A stretch of DNA of 64,000 bases. It comes from Lama glama. Taxonomy: Eukaryota. Below the pieces are notes generated by a model. It was given only the letters and a program-made list of their open reading frames with translations, did no database searches and was not told the origin of the DNA. The position numbers and the translations under genes were made by a program. How positions within the stretch are numbered: the stretch's first letter is position 1; every line of letters starts with the position of its first letter. This document shows, piece by piece, positions 63,994 to 64,000 of the stretch. Where the stretch lies: contig CM052818.1 in the NCBI GenBank assembly GCA_028534125.1, positions 6,760,001 to 6,824,000 on the forward strand, given 5' to 3'.

Positions 63994-64000
63994 TATTCAA

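Larger units (their letters stand above)
62428..64000 (+). other. RAB1A: RAB1A 3'UTR (long form probably runs to or past the window end)
   Basis: AU/U-rich sequence without recognisable repeats after the stop codon, with AATAAA at 63015, 63198 and 63988. Confidence 0.8.

Overview
Mammalian genomic DNA, most likely camelid (alpaca/vicuna/camel), judged from six copies of a tRNA-derived Vic-1-type SINE. The right half holds the complete six-exon RAB1A gene on the + strand: CpG-island promoter at ~36.2-37.5 kb, CDS 37070..62427 splicing to 618 nt (205 aa, ending GGCC*), and a 3'UTR with several poly(A) signals running to the window end. Two processed ribosomal-protein pseudogenes lie antisense in RAB1A introns, RPL31 in intron 1 and RPL39 in intron 4, each with target-site duplications. 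The left ~36 kb is intergenic and repeat-rich (L1, L2, MIR, MaLR/ERV LTRs, hAT DNA transposons), with a small orphan CpG-rich island at ~1.7 kb and a 500-N assembly gap. I find no convincing novel gene system. The best leads are a candidate poison exon created by the RPL31 retrocopy, a split TA| codon at the end of exon 1 that turns most mis-splicing into an immediate stop, a possible tail-to-tail overlap with an antisense neighbour (CEP68 in human), and two non-canonical L1 insertions. Repeat family names and boundaries are by-eye recognition and approximate.
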